The notes beneath the pieces are model-generated. The model did not search any database and had not been told where the DNA came from. It was given only the letters and a program-made list of their open reading frames with translations. This document shows, piece by piece, positions 63,480 through 64,000 of a DNA stretch of 64,000 bases. Numbering within the stretch: position 1 is the stretch's first letter; each line of letters starts with the position of its first letter. The stretch spans positions 28,954,001 to 29,018,000 of the forward strand of contig JAGIQG010000024.1 in the NCBI GenBank assembly GCA_024679065.1, in the 5' to 3' direction. The position numbers and the translations under genes were made by a program. This stretch comes from Sphyrna mokarran. Taxonomy: Eukaryota.

Positions 63480-63985
63480 TGCTTTCCCTTTTTAATCCAT
63501 CAGCTTTAATTTGTGCCATTACTGTGTCTGTTGTGTGGTACTGTATTGAATGCCGTTTGGAAGACCATGTACACCTCATCAATAGAATTGTCCTTTCTGT
63601 TACTTCTTCAAAAATCTCCAGTAAAATTAGTTAAATATGATTGTCCCTTAAAATATCTGTGCTACTTTCCTTAATTAACCTGCATTTGTCTATGTGGTCA
63701 TTAATTTTGTCCTGAAGGGTACTGCGGTAGAGATTTTCATGAACGTTGGAACTCTTCCTCTCTCCGCTGTTAACGCTACTACTACCCCAGTCTATATTCA
63801 GAGAATTAATGTCGCCTGCTATGACTACTCTACAACTCTTGCGCTTCTCTGTAATTTCTTTAACAATTAATTCCTCTACATCCTCTACACTAGTTGGTGG
63901 CCTATGGACTACATGGAGCAAGGTCATTGAATCATTTTGGTTCCTTAACTCGAACCAAATAGATTCTGTCCTTGATCCTTCTCTC
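63480..63985 (-). mobile_element. CR1-clade LINE fragments (APE endonuclease and RT start)
   Basis: VVHRPP...VVIAGDINSLNIDW in ORF 63631..63927. Confidence 0.75.
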
Positions 63986-64000
63986 TACAGCCCAGCAGTG

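Noticed and set aside
62800-64000. Terminal exon of gene C
   Set aside because: The candidate acceptors checked give immediate stops or no GA.G-type tail, and much of the region is CR1-derived; the exon is probably beyond the window.

Overview
Eukaryotic, repeat-dense genomic DNA, almost certainly from a shark or other elasmobranch (inferred from the many V-SINE/HE1-type SINEs, CR1/HER1-like LINEs and Penelope-like elements). The single-copy content is a tandem cluster of three + strand, intron-containing ISG12/FAM14 (IFI6/IFI27) family genes that the ORF track only catches in fragments. Gene A (CDS 14918-21961, 137 aa) has a signal peptide and closely follows the layout of mammalian IFI6. 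Gene B (CDS 48692-50556, 101 aa) is a canonical IFI27L2-like protein. Gene C (CDS from 59579, last exon not found in the window) has a signal peptide, two micro-exons and an IFI27-type core. ISRE-like promoters precede A and C. The rest is nested transposon debris: a decayed hAT element, Gypsy gag-protease, a Harbinger-type Myb-like ORF, CR1 and V-SINEs. It also holds a family of very short, TSD-bounded Penelope-derived inserts that carry minimal hammerhead-ribozyme motifs, one of them in sense orientation in intron 1 of gene A. Gene models were assembled by hand from splice signals and reading phase; no database search was possible, and repeat boundaries are approximate.
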